Part shown: positions 20,058 to 29,899 of the stretch, piece by piece | Numbering within the stretch: the first letter of the stretch is position 1 | How the letters are laid out: each line of letters begins with the position of its first letter | Source of the DNA: a virus | IMG/VR virus record: IMGVR_UViG_3300019757_000093 | Span: 1 to 64,000 of that record | Direction: 5' to 3' (one strand) | DNA length: 64,000 nucleotides | Translations under genes and position numbers: made by a program | Notes under the pieces: generated by a model | What the model was told of the DNA's origin: nothing | Seen by the model: the letters and a program-made list of their open reading frames with translations, nothing else | The model's database searches: none

Positions 20058-20850
20058 AATTAATAAATTTTTTGAATTATTTAACGAAGATGGTACATTA
20101 AGACCTAAATATATCTTTACTGATATACATGGTTGCTATGACACGTTTGTAGCATTATTAGATAAATTACCTAATAAAGGAATTGGATTAGATGTTATTA
20201 TTACTGGGGATATAGTAGATAGAGGAAATGATTCTTTAAAGATAATTGATTTAATTATAGAAAGAGGATACCTTTGTTTATTAGGTAACCACGAAGATAT
20301 GCTATTAAAATGGTATGGGCCGGAATTAGAAAATATTTATGGGGATACTTGGATTCAAAATGGTGGATACTTCTTAGAAAGAGAATTAACTTTATTAAAA
20401 AAATTTAATCCTCATAGATTTAATAAATATATGGATTTTTTTAAGAATTTAAAATATTATGCTATTCTTCCAGACGAATATAATATTAATAATAGAAAAG
20501 TTCTATTAACTCATGCTCCTAGTAATTATTTTTTTGAATTAGGAAATGCTTTATCAAAAGACGATAGATTTAATATGATTTGGAATAGAACCATTCATAA
20601 TGATATAGATAAGAATTACTTTAATATATGTGGTCATAATCCTAGTCGAATGTTCGAGAGAGTAAATCATCCTAATTTAACTGAAGAAAAAGTTTTATTG
20701 AGAGATGATCTGGCAAGTATTGATACTAGTTGTAGTTATGGCGAAATGCTAACTTGTTTAATTCTCCCAAGTAAAGAAATTATACAGCAGAAAAATGTGG
20801 AAGTTCCAGATAGAACAGAAGTACAACAAACAAGAGGTTATAATGGATAA
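20041..20850 (+). CDS. calcineurin-like metallophosphoesterase (Ser/Thr phosphatase family)
   Basis: DIHG, GDIVDRG, GNHE, THA, GH, IDT motifs. Confidence 0.92.
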   Translation: MVFGIRINKFFELFNEDGTLRPKYIFTDIHGCYDTFVALLDKLPNKGIGLDVIITGDIVDRGNDSLKIIDLIIERGYLCLLGNHEDMLLKWYGPELENIYGDTWIQNGGYFLERELTLLKKFNPHRFNKYMDFFKNLKYYAILPDEYNINNRKVLLTHAPSNYFFELGNALSKDDRFNMIWNRTIHNDIDKNYFNICGHNPSRMFERVNHPNLTEEKVLLRDDLASIDTSCSYGEMLTCLILPSKEIIQQKNVEVPDRTEVQQTRGYNG

Positions 20851-21583
20851 ACATATACATATACTAGCGGCTCATTTAGATGATATTGAAATATCTTTAT
20901 TTGGATATCTTCAAAGAGAGATTAAAGAAGCGGATATTGGGGAATATAAATTATATATTAATACTTATATATGTAGTGCTGGATTAGCTAAAGATGGATA
21001 CATATCTCAAAGAAGAGGTGAAGTATATATTGAAAATTTAGAAAGTATTTTTGATTGTAAAAGTAACGATGAAGAGGAGGATACTTTATTTCTAAAAGAT
21101 AATAAAGAAGATTCCCCTGATTTAATTAATGGTAATTGTGTTATAGAAGCATATGAAATAGATTTATTATTTCATGACAATATATCTTCCATAAAAAAAG
21201 AATGCGAAACATTTATCAGCAATGGATATTCTTATAGTGAAGATAGTATTAATGTATTAATATATAATAGTCTAGATATTCATACTGATCATCAAGTTGT
21301 AAAGAATATCGGGGATGTTATTGCAAGACCATCTTCTCAAGGTGGGATGTACCACTGGGACGAGGTTAGAAATTTTGTAATACCAAGTAATGAATATTCT
21401 CAATATGGTATTGGTCCAATACCTCAAAATTCAGGGAACTATTTTTTAACTCTAACTAAAAAAGAGAAAGAAATAAAAAGAAAATGCATAAATAGATATT
21501 TTGAAATAGGCGTACTTAAAGAAAAAGTTTCTTTAAAAGAATTAAGTACAGAAAAACAGAATATTATATATATTCAAGAATAA
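20843..21583 (+). CDS. PIG-L/LmbE family deacetylase
   Basis: AAHLDDIE and HTDHQ motifs; ATG 20843 with GAGG RBS preferred over GTG 20795. Confidence 0.85.
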   Translation: MDKHIHILAAHLDDIEISLFGYLQREIKEADIGEYKLYINTYICSAGLAKDGYISQRRGEVYIENLESIFDCKSNDEEEDTLFLKDNKEDSPDLINGNCVIEAYEIDLLFHDNISSIKKECETFISNGYSYSEDSINVLIYNSLDIHTDHQVVKNIGDVIARPSSQGGMYHWDEVRNFVIPSNEYSQYGIGPIPQNSGNYFLTLTKKEKEIKRKCINRYFEIGVLKEKVSLKELSTEKQNIIYIQE

Positions 21584-21593
21584 AGAGGTAAAA

Positions 21594-22799
21594 ATGGAAA
21601 ATGTAGAAGAGATTCAGGAATTAGTAACTGAATTAATAGACGAGGCTTTAATTGATAATAGCACTCCGAAAAAAACTAAAAAGGTTTATCCAATGGGTAA
21701 TAAAAAAGTTTTATTACTTGGAGGGAATGGTTTTATAGGGACGGCTTTAAATAAATATTTAACGAAAATTGGATATGAAGTTCATGTATTAGATTATACA
21801 TTTGATACTTTAAATAATCCACAAAATACTTATCAATGTAATTTAAATAGTCTGGATCAAACAACAGAAATGCTTAGAGTAATCCTAGATAAAACGGGAT
21901 TAGATGGATTAACTATTTTCCACTTAGCAAGTACCGTTGGACCAGAATTAATTAATATTGATAATAGTATTAATGATTTTAAAATACATTTTAATATTTA
22001 TGAAGCTATAAAAGGGGAAATTTTTAGAAGAGGAGAAACTCCACATAAAATGATTTTTACGGGGAGTTCAGAATCTTATGGGGATATTCCAGTAATGGAT
22101 GAGTCAAAAGGTAGTTTAGTTAATGTATTAACTGAAGGAGCTAGACCATTATATTCATTACAAAAATTAGCAGCGGAAAATATATTTTTAACTCAAACAG
22201 ATTACCCAGTAGTATGTACTAGACTATTTAACGTAGTTGGAAAGGGACAAAGAAAAGATTTTATTTTTCCTAAATTAACGGATGTTATAACTAAGAATTT
22301 AGATTGTATTAGAAATTGTAAAATGGACTTTGAAAAATTTCAAGTACATGGAGACGGATTACAAAGTAGAAATTTTATTTCGATAGATGATACTGTAGTA
22401 ATTATGGAGAAACTTATTAATTGGGAAGATGATGAAGAACATATTGGTTTAAATGATTATCAAATTAATGATGGAATTATTAATATATCTTGTATTCAAA
22501 ATGAGAGTACTATATTGCATTTAGTACAAAAATTCTTAGAATTATTTAGAACTGTGATTCATAATGGTGTTAAATATCTTACCGATAAAAGTAATGATGC
22601 TATAGGGTTAGATGAATATGAATTAAATAGTCTAGAGTACTTAAAGAAAGTTATTGCTTTACCAAATGAAGATTTCATTGAATTTAAAGATGGTTTAATT
22701 GGTCAAAATAAAAGAAGTCCATTAGTATATAAACTATATAAAATTCTTAAATACAGACCAAAGAAAGATCTTAATACCTTAATAAATGATATGATATGA
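21594..22799 (+). CDS. NAD-dependent nucleotide-sugar epimerase/dehydratase
   Basis: GGNGFIG, FHLAS, GSSESYG, YSLQK (YxxxK), RLFNVVG, GDGLQSRNF. Confidence 0.92.
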   Translation: MENVEEIQELVTELIDEALIDNSTPKKTKKVYPMGNKKVLLLGGNGFIGTALNKYLTKIGYEVHVLDYTFDTLNNPQNTYQCNLNSLDQTTEMLRVILDKTGLDGLTIFHLASTVGPELINIDNSINDFKIHFNIYEAIKGEIFRRGETPHKMIFTGSSESYGDIPVMDESKGSLVNVLTEGARPLYSLQKLAAENIFLTQTDYPVVCTRLFNVVGKGQRKDFIFPKLTDVITKNLDCIRNCKMDFEKFQVHGDGLQSRNFISIDDTVVIMEKLINWEDDEEHIGLNDYQINDGIINISCIQNESTILHLVQKFLELFRTVIHNGVKYLTDKSNDAIGLDEYELNSLEYLKKVIALPNEDFIEFKDGLIGQNKRSPLVYKLYKILKYRPKKDLNTLINDMI

Positions 22800-23398
22800 A
22801 ACCGATAATAACTGGTACTATGTACGGGGAAGTTTCTTTTAATGTGGATGTTAGAAGAAACCGGTTATTGATAAAAGGGGAAATTCCAGAAGATTATGAT
22901 ACATTTCAAATTCTTGGTAAATTTATAGAGGCTTTATCTATGCTAAACAAAGACCTAGAAATAGTCGTACTATTTGATATGAAAAAAGTACCATTTATAT
23001 TTATAATGTATCTTAATAAAATTCAGAACACTATTCTATTAGAAGAAGAAAAAGAAATGATTTTTACTATAGTCTCTAGAGATAAAAAGTTAAAAAATTT
23101 CTTAGATGATTTTAAAGAGAGTTCTAATATTATGGAACAGAATGGTATTAATCCTTTTAAAGATATTTTAAAAACTATCGGAGCAGGAAATACAGATATA
23201 GATATAGTTAATATTCCAGACGAGTTCAAGGATATTATGCCAGAAGATTTACAAGAAAGTATTTCTAAAATGAATGAATTTAATCCATTACCTGATCAGG
23301 ACGAAGATGAGATTAACCTAACTGAAAAACAAGTTCAGGATATTCAGGATTTAAATATAGAACAGTTAAATAAAATTAAATTTATTTATAGAGATTAG
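22796..23398 (+). CDS. hypothetical protein, possible STAS-like N-terminal domain
   Basis: LLIKGEI..IVVLFDMKKVPFI resembles the STAS core. Confidence 0.4.
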   Translation: MKPIITGTMYGEVSFNVDVRRNRLLIKGEIPEDYDTFQILGKFIEALSMLNKDLEIVVLFDMKKVPFIFIMYLNKIQNTILLEEEKEMIFTIVSRDKKLKNFLDDFKESSNIMEQNGINPFKDILKTIGAGNTDIDIVNIPDEFKDIMPEDLQESISKMNEFNPLPDQDEDEINLTEKQVQDIQDLNIEQLNKIKFIYRD

Positions 23399-23430
23399 GA
23401 TTAAGCCTGGCTTAATCCTATTTTCATGTG
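23396..23430 (+). terminator. hairpin with variant tail
   Basis: TAGGATTAAGCC-T-GGCTTAATCCTA then TTTTCATGTG. Confidence 0.6.
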
Positions 23431-23485
23431 TTTAAATTATAGCTAACAAAGAGAAGATAAAAAATATAAAATTAAAGGAAAAAAT

Positions 23486-24304
23486 ATGTTTCAAATTATA
23501 TCTGAAGCTGCTTTTGAAACTAGAGGAAGCGTACAGATTCTAGAAGAAATGGCATTACCAGGAGAATCAAAGAGATTGATTTTCAGAGCTATTCTACAAG
23601 AAGCCGAAGTAGTAAATAATAATAAAAGAGTTTACCCAGCAGCTACATTACAAGCAGTTGTTCAACAATTAAGAGCAAAAGCTCAAGAAAGAAAATTACT
23701 TGGAGAGATGGATCATCCACAACCTCAAGGTGATAATAAAGCTAAACTTAAAAGAAGTAGTACTATTTTACTTGGTAACGTATGTGTACTTTTTAGAAAA
23801 TTAGATTTTATCGATGGAAAAATTATAGCAGAATGCGAAACATTAAGTAACAGAGCTGGAATGGATTTATATAATCTATTAAAAGATGGAGCAGTAATTG
23901 GATTTTCTTTAAGAGCGTTTGGAGAAACGGCTGATAGAGGTTCTGGAATAGTAGAAGTTATTCCATCAGGATTAAAAGCATTAACATTTGATGTTGTAGC
24001 TAATCCAAGTCATGATACAGCCGTAATTACAGAATTCTTGCAAGAGGGTACAGAAGTTTCTGAGAAAGAATTAATGTTATCTTTAGTTCAAGAAATGTCT
24101 GACTTTAAATTAAGTATGACTAAAACGAAAAGTGGTATGGTACTTGAAGAAGCACAAAGCTTATTCCAAGATATTAAACCAAAAATGAAGCCAAACGATA
24201 AAGTATGTATTAATGGAATTTGTATGAGAGGACCTATTGAAGAAACTGTAGATTATCTTATTTCAAAATCTTTTAAAAAACCAAAAATGATTAAACTAGT
24301 TTAA
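23486..24304 (+). CDS. prohead core protease (T4 gp21-like)
   Basis: LQEAEVVNNNKRVYP, LGEMDHP, GFSLRAFG, TFDVVANPS. Confidence 0.93.
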   Translation: MFQIISEAAFETRGSVQILEEMALPGESKRLIFRAILQEAEVVNNNKRVYPAATLQAVVQQLRAKAQERKLLGEMDHPQPQGDNKAKLKRSSTILLGNVCVLFRKLDFIDGKIIAECETLSNRAGMDLYNLLKDGAVIGFSLRAFGETADRGSGIVEVIPSGLKALTFDVVANPSHDTAVITEFLQEGTEVSEKELMLSLVQEMSDFKLSMTKTKSGMVLEEAQSLFQDIKPKMKPNDKVCINGICMRGPIEETVDYLISKSFKKPKMIKLV

Positions 24305-24325
24305 TCTAAATTTCAAAGGAAAATT

Positions 24326-24787
24326 ATGGAGTTAAAGGTAAATAAACAATTACTTCTAGAAGGAGTTTTTACTTCTGGGAAAAAAGTTAATCATCCAGGT
24401 AAATTTATACCTGGAACGGCAGATAGAAAGAAACATCTATCTGCTGTTTCAGCACATGGTAAAGATAAAGCAGAAAGAAACGTTACTGCTAAACAAGCTA
24501 AAGATATTAGAAGTTCTCCTAGAGTACAATCTGCTAAAAAAAGAATAAATGAAGCAAAAGCTCATGGTATGAAGCCAAGAAGTGCTGATAAAGATACAAG
24601 TACTTTAGCCCATAATTTAGTAGCCGGCGGAATTTTAAAACAAGCGCATAAGCGATCTAAATCATTAGAGGGGATTGTTAAAGATGCTACTGATACTTCT
24701 AATAGAATTAAAACTAAAAAACATACTATTGGCGATGATAATTTAATGGATAAGAAATTATCCGGCAAAGATATTAAAAGCGTTTAA
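24326..24787 (+). CDS. basic candidate internal head protein
   Basis: N-terminal KVNKQLLLE peptide, K/R/H-rich body, between protease and capsid. Confidence 0.6.
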   Translation: MELKVNKQLLLEGVFTSGKKVNHPGKFIPGTADRKKHLSAVSAHGKDKAERNVTAKQAKDIRSSPRVQSAKKRINEAKAHGMKPRSADKDTSTLAHNLVAGGILKQAHKRSKSLEGIVKDATDTSNRIKTKKHTIGDDNLMDKKLSGKDIKSV

Positions 24788-24808
24788 AATAAAGAAGGAA
24801 AAATTAAG

Positions 24809-25051
24809 ATGGAACAAACATTTAAGATAAATAAACAACTTTTGATTTTGGAAGCTACTTCTATGTTAGAAGAGGCTAAACATAATCAAAAAACTGGTGC
24901 TGGAAGTACTCTTACGGATGTAACTCATTCCGGTAAAAGTGATAGTGCATTATTTAATTCCGCTTCTGAAAAAACAGTTGATGATAAAAAAGATATCACT
25001 GATGAAAATAAAGAAGAGAAAAAAGAAATTAATACTAGGATGGTAGATTAA
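24809..25051 (+). CDS. candidate internal head/core protein
   Basis: N-terminal KINKQLLILE peptide. Confidence 0.55.
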   Translation: MEQTFKINKQLLILEATSMLEEAKHNQKTGAGSTLTDVTHSGKSDSALFNSASEKTVDDKKDITDENKEEKKEINTRMVD

Positions 25052-25359
25052 TGCAGGTAGAATTAGAAGTAAATAAATCGACTATCCTAGAAGAATTAAA
25101 CGCTAAACAATTCTTTGGAGTACCAGCCGCTACTGTAGGTGGAGGAGTAATTGGATCTACTATTGGATCTGGAGTTGGTCTTTTATCTGGAGTAGCAGGT
25201 GGAGAACCAGAAACCGTTGATGATATTGTTGGGAGTGGTGTAGCGAATGCTTTAATTGGCTCGGCTGTTGGTGGAACAGTAGGAGCTCTTGGTTCTGGCT
25301 ATATGGCAAATAATGTTTTAAGAGATAGACCAGAAGATCAAATGGTTCCACAAAAATAA
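25051..25359 (+). CDS. glycine-zipper candidate internal head protein
   Basis: N-terminal EVNKSTILEE, two GxxxG-rich hydrophobic helices. Confidence 0.6.
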   Translation: MQVELEVNKSTILEELNAKQFFGVPAATVGGGVIGSTIGSGVGLLSGVAGGEPETVDDIVGSGVANALIGSAVGGTVGALGSGYMANNVLRDRPEDQMVPQK

Positions 25360-25379
25360 AACACTTTATTTTTAGTACT

Positions 25380-25391
25380 AACTAATGTCTA
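25380..25391 (+). promoter_or_regulatory. candidate late promoter
   Basis: AACT-AATGTC-TA upstream of the capsid leader. Confidence 0.6.
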
Positions 25392-25631
25392 GAATAAACA
25401 TAGCAAAACATAATATTTAAATAGCCGATGCTATTTAAAATAGTTTGGGTTTATAGTCATCCCGCCTTAGGATGGTATAATAATATCATTACTACAATAA
25501 AACTTATTATGTACTCGTTAAGTTAATTACTTAAACGTTTTTGCAAAAACGCTTTTTAATTAGAAGCACATTAGAGCATAGCTCGTAAAAAATATAACGG
25601 GTATTTACCCAATTTAAAAAAGGAAGTCCAA
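25391..25631 (+). ncRNA. structured 5' leader of major capsid mRNA (candidate)
   Basis: Successive stems at 25416-25439, 25458-25474, 25493-25513, 25518-25534, 25536-25551, 25574-25584, 25599-25610. Confidence 0.45.
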
Positions 25632-27182
25632 ATGGCACAAATTTTAGATAATCTTATTATGGAAAACTACGATGTTTTCGTAAAAGAACATAGCACGCTT
25701 TTCGAAGAAGCTAGAACACCTTCAGAAATTCTTTTCGATGATTCATACTTTGAAATGTACGTTTCTCAGTTAACAAAAGGTCTTGAAGAAGCAACAATTA
25801 AGCAAATTACTCCAGTTCTTGATAGAGAAAGAAAAATGTTCCTTGAAGAGCATAATGCCTTATTAAGTTCTCCAGAAGCAATTGCTTATGCTGTAACTAC
25901 ATTCCCAATGTTAATTAACATCTATGCTGAGCCTCAATTAAGTAAAATTGTAACAACTTATCCTTCAGATGTTCCTACTTTATCTATCTCTAGAATCAAA
26001 TGGGTTTCTAAAGTTATTGATGAAAAAGGTGGAGTTACTGAATATATGTTCCCAACAGCTACTGAAATGGTTAGACCTAACTTTAAACAATTTAAAGTTT
26101 CTCAATCAGCTAATCTTTATACAGAATTAGATATCGCTAAAGGTGATTTCAGACTTTCTAAAAGAAATTTCAAAGTAACTGGTATTGATGTTGCAGTTGA
26201 CGATGGTTCTGCTGTTACTACAGTTAATGTTCCAGTAATTGCTATTGCAGGTGCTAGAGGTAACTTTACAGTTGAAGATTTCCTTGTTCCAGGTGTAACA
26301 GGTGGTGTTTATAAATTACAAGGTTCTGTAGACTTTGAATCAGGTTCTGTAACTTGGTCTGTAATTACTATTGAAGTTGGTGATAAAGCTGTTTCAGGTG
26401 AAAGCATTGAAGTTAAATTTAGATTATTTGGTAACGGTAACGGTAGAGGTGTTGTTAAATCAGCTCCAAAACAAGACATCATTGATGTTAATGCTGATAT
26501 TGAAGATTCTTTTGAAGTTGAAAATATCGAAGAAGTGATCCAAGATTGGTCTGCGATCTATAAACTTGATATTATTTCTGAACTTAAAAACTTCGTTAAA
26601 CAACAAATCAAGTTAAATAGAGATTACGAAATTGCTGATCTTTTAGAATCAAATATTCCTTATGCTATGAGTGTTGGACAATACAAAGAGATTGACTTTA
26701 CACAGTATACTGAATTAGGCGGATTCAAACCTTCAAATGTTCAAGATGTATTTAAAAATATTGTTCCTACTATTATGTCTCTAGTTGAGAAAATGAGAAA
26801 AACAAACAATATGGAAGTACAATACTTAGCTTGTGGTGTTGATGTTGCTGTTATCCTTAAATCATTACAAGAATTCGCAATTAAATTTGAGAAAATGAAT
26901 GGTGAATCAGGTGTTAATGGTACAGTTGGTGGATTCAATAAACTTGAAATCATCGAGTCTTATGCAATTAATGATGACTTAATGCACTTAGTATTAGTTG
27001 CTCCAGCAATGAACCAAAGTTCAATCGTTGAAGTATTATTTAAGCCTTTATATATCATTACAGAGACTACTAACTCAATCAGAAGAACATTCATTAAATC
27101 TAGAACATGGATTGGAATTGTTAGATCTGAAGGTATTGGTACAATCAGACTTAAAGGTTATGACGCTTGGGTAAATGTTTAA
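25632..27182 (+). CDS. major capsid protein
   Basis: 516 aa downstream of protease, strong high-expression codon bias, gp23-like QDW..Y.LD...EL....QIKLNRDYEI region. Confidence 0.85.
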   Translation: MAQILDNLIMENYDVFVKEHSTLFEEARTPSEILFDDSYFEMYVSQLTKGLEEATIKQITPVLDRERKMFLEEHNALLSSPEAIAYAVTTFPMLINIYAEPQLSKIVTTYPSDVPTLSISRIKWVSKVIDEKGGVTEYMFPTATEMVRPNFKQFKVSQSANLYTELDIAKGDFRLSKRNFKVTGIDVAVDDGSAVTTVNVPVIAIAGARGNFTVEDFLVPGVTGGVYKLQGSVDFESGSVTWSVITIEVGDKAVSGESIEVKFRLFGNGNGRGVVKSAPKQDIIDVNADIEDSFEVENIEEVIQDWSAIYKLDIISELKNFVKQQIKLNRDYEIADLLESNIPYAMSVGQYKEIDFTQYTELGGFKPSNVQDVFKNIVPTIMSLVEKMRKTNNMEVQYLACGVDVAVILKSLQEFAIKFEKMNGESGVNGTVGGFNKLEIIESYAINDDLMHLVLVAPAMNQSSIVEVLFKPLYIITETTNSIRRTFIKSRTWIGIVRSEGIGTIRLKGYDAWVNV

Positions 27183-27267
27183 TCCTAACGGATTAAACAT
27201 CTTTATAATTTAATAATAAAATTCTTTGATGGAAAATAGTACTAGTAATAAAGTACGGAAAATGGAA

Positions 27268-27306
27268 CTTAGATATGGACGAATCCATATCTAAGATTTC
27301 CTGTCG
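27268..27306 (+). terminator. hairpin + TTCCTGTC element
   Basis: CTTAGATATGGA-CGAA-TCCATATCTAAG ATTTCCTGTCG. Confidence 0.7.
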
Positions 27307-27340
27307 TAGCTAAAATAGATATTTTTTAAAAAGGTATTAT

Positions 27341-28822
27341 ATGGATAAATTACAAAAAATAAATCTAAAACATAATTATAAATTTAAGTATATTTCTGAA
27401 ATAAAAAGAAACTGTGATATAATTAAATTTATATGTCCGGAACATGGCGAACAAGAAATGAAATATATTAATCATTTAAATAGTCCAACTGGTTGTAAAA
27501 TATGCAATAATATTATTATATCTCAAAGAAATTCTAAAAAGAGACCAATTGAAAAAAGCAGATCAATTAGATTAAATAATCTAAATAAAAAATTTAATAA
27601 AAAATTTAAATATTTAAATTTAGATAATATTACTGATTTTAATAAAGAATTATTAGATATAGAATGTCCAGAACATGGAAAATTTAAAATGGGGTATATT
27701 AGACATCTTAATCATAAAACGGGTTGTCCTATATGTTCGTATAAAATAAATTATCCAAATATTAAAAATATAGAATATTTAAACAATAAAAATTATATTA
27801 CTAATAACTTTATTCATAATAATATATTAGATACTATTGCTATTACTAAATTTTTTAATGTTGGTATAATAAAAATACATAAAATATTAAATAATTTAAA
27901 AATTTCGTATAAGAAAAAGATTGGTGGTAATAGTCAATTAGAACAAGAAGTATTAACTTTTATTAAATCCATATACTCTGGAAAAATAATAACGAACTCT
28001 CGAAAAATTATTACTCCACTAGAATTAGATATTTATATACCAGAATATAATTTGGCTATAGAATTTAATGGTCTTTATTATCATTCATACGGATTAAATA
28101 ATATTACTGATAAACAAGCTGATTTAAAATATCAGAGTACTAGACATTTAAATAAGACTAATCTATGCGAAGATAAAAATATAAATTTATTACATATTTT
28201 TGAGAATGAATGGTTAGATAATAATAAGCGAGAAATATGGAAAAGTATTATTAAAAATAAATTAAAAATAAATAATAATAAAATATATGCCAGAAAAACC
28301 ATTATAAAAGAAGTATCTATTCTAGATGCTAGAATATTTCTAGAAGAAAATCATATACAAGGTGCTGGAGCTATTGGTCCTATTAGATATGGTCTATATT
28401 TAAATGATACCTTAGTATCAATAATGACATTTGGTAAACCTAGATTCAATAAAACTATACCCTTCGAATTAATACGTTTATGTAGTAAAATTAATTATAC
28501 CGTAGTAGGTGGGGCATCTAGGTTATTTAAATATTTTAGAAAATACCATCCAGGTGAAATAATATCGTATGCAAATAGAAGATTTGCATTTAAGCATAAG
28601 AATATATATAAAACGCTAGGTTTAGAAGAAGAAGAAGTTACTGTACCAAATATGTTTTATTTTAAAGGAACTTCCGAATTATATAGTAGACATAAATTCC
28701 AAAAACATAAATTGATAAATTTTGAGCACTATTCAAAAGATAAAAGCGCATTAGAAATTATGATAAATAATGGATATAGAAGAATTTATGATAGTGGTAA
28801 TTTAAAATTTAAAACTAATTAA
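27341..28822 (+). CDS. Hef-like homing endonuclease (CPEHG zinc ribbons, PD-(D/E)XK domain, C-terminal GNAT-like domain)
   Basis: 2x CPEHG..H...GCxxC; ELDIYIPEYNLAIEFNGLYYHS; ELIRLCSK..GGASRLF..IISYANRRF. Confidence 0.8.
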   Translation: MDKLQKINLKHNYKFKYISEIKRNCDIIKFICPEHGEQEMKYINHLNSPTGCKICNNIIISQRNSKKRPIEKSRSIRLNNLNKKFNKKFKYLNLDNITDFNKELLDIECPEHGKFKMGYIRHLNHKTGCPICSYKINYPNIKNIEYLNNKNYITNNFIHNNILDTIAITKFFNVGIIKIHKILNNLKISYKKKIGGNSQLEQEVLTFIKSIYSGKIITNSRKIITPLELDIYIPEYNLAIEFNGLYYHSYGLNNITDKQADLKYQSTRHLNKTNLCEDKNINLLHIFENEWLDNNKREIWKSIIKNKLKINNNKIYARKTIIKEVSILDARIFLEENHIQGAGAIGPIRYGLYLNDTLVSIMTFGKPRFNKTIPFELIRLCSKINYTVVGGASRLFKYFRKYHPGEIISYANRRFAFKHKNIYKTLGLEEEEVTVPNMFYFKGTSELYSRHKFQKHKLINFEHYSKDKSALEIMINNGYRRIYDSGNLKFKTN

Positions 28823-28851
28823 AATATTCCCTTCGGGGAATATTCCTGTCG
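28823..28851 (+). terminator. hairpin + TTCCTGTC element
   Basis: AATATTCCC-TTCG-GGGAATATT CCTGTCG. Confidence 0.75.
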
Positions 28852-28865
28852 TTGAATTTACTTAG

Positions 28866-28877
28866 AACTAAAACTTA
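28866..28877 (+). promoter_or_regulatory. candidate late promoter
   Basis: AACT-AAAACT-TA. Confidence 0.65.
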
Positions 28878-28897
28878 TAAAATAAGAAGGATTTGCT

Positions 28898-29362
28898 ATG
28901 GCGTTAATGGATTTTAGTCTAGGGGATATTGGTGGACTATTTACTGGTTTAAGAGAAGCAATTACTGGAGAAAAAATAGAAGACCCAGTAGAATTAGCTA
29001 AGATAGATTTACAATTACAAGAATTAGAACGCCTTGCAAATGCTGGTCAAATGGAAGTTAATAAAGTAGAAGCGGCCCATAAATCAATATTTGTAGCTGG
29101 TTGGCGCCCCTGGCTCGGCTGGGTATGTGGAATGTCAATAGCATATAGTTTTATTGGACAACCATTATTAGAATGGGGATTGGTTTTCTTCGATCATCAG
29201 ATAGCTGTAAAAACAGTAATAGATGGTTCTATAGTTTGGTCAGAGGGAATAAAAGTACCACAAATAGATTCGGAGAATCTGATGGAATTAACCTTAGGAA
29301 TGTTAGGTTTAGCTGGACTAAGAACATATGAAAAAACAAAAGGAGTCTCTCGTGAAAGATAA
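28898..29362 (+). CDS. holin (3TM, GTA-type family)
   Basis: EAAHKSIFVAGWRPWLGWVCG and LGMLGLAGLRTYEK signatures. Confidence 0.88.
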   Translation: MALMDFSLGDIGGLFTGLREAITGEKIEDPVELAKIDLQLQELERLANAGQMEVNKVEAAHKSIFVAGWRPWLGWVCGMSIAYSFIGQPLLEWGLVFFDHQIAVKTVIDGSIVWSEGIKVPQIDSENLMELTLGMLGLAGLRTYEKTKGVSRER

Positions 29363-29876
29363 ATTTTGTAATAATTGCAGTACTCCTTTAATTATTAATA
29401 TTAATTGGAAAGAATATCATCAAAAAAATTGGATTAATACGTGTACTGTTTGTATTAATAAAAAAAATAAAATTGAGGCTAGAAAAAAGTATAAAAAGAA
29501 TAAAGAAAAATTTATTTCCTCTAGTAAAAAATGCCAACTGAAATTAAAAAATAATAATCCCAAGCTTTATAAAGCTAGAGAAATGAGACAATCAGCTAAA
29601 GGAAGATCTAAAAAGAAAAATTTAGATTTTAATATTACAGTTGAAGATATTTATTCTATTATGCCAGACTATTGCCCAATTTTAAAATCTAAATTAACAT
29701 ATTCTGGAAATAAAGATAAGAATTCTGCTTCCTTAGATAGAATCGATAGTTCGAAAGGATATACTAAAGAAAATATTCAAATAATATCTCAATTAGCAAA
29801 TATGATGAAAAGCAATTCTAATGAAGAGGAACAATTACTTTTCGCAAATTATATATTTAACAAAAATAAGAAATAA
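29352..29876 (+). CDS. His-Me finger/HNH-like endonuclease
   Basis: CxxC..CxxC N-terminus; CPIL..SLDRIDSSKGYTKENIQIISQLANMMK; GTG 29352 with AGGAG RBS. Confidence 0.75.
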   Translation: MKDKFCNNCSTPLIININWKEYHQKNWINTCTVCINKKNKIEARKKYKKNKEKFISSSKKCQLKLKNNNPKLYKAREMRQSAKGRSKKKNLDFNITVEDIYSIMPDYCPILKSKLTYSGNKDKNSASLDRIDSSKGYTKENIQIISQLANMMKSNSNEEEQLLFANYIFNKNKK

Positions 29877-29899
29877 AATAAAATAAAAGAAGGAATATT

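Noticed and set aside
25632-28822. Group I intron or intein associated with the endonuclease next to the capsid gene
   Set aside because: Capsid ORF is continuous and ends with its own hairpin; the endonuclease is free-standing with its own RBS
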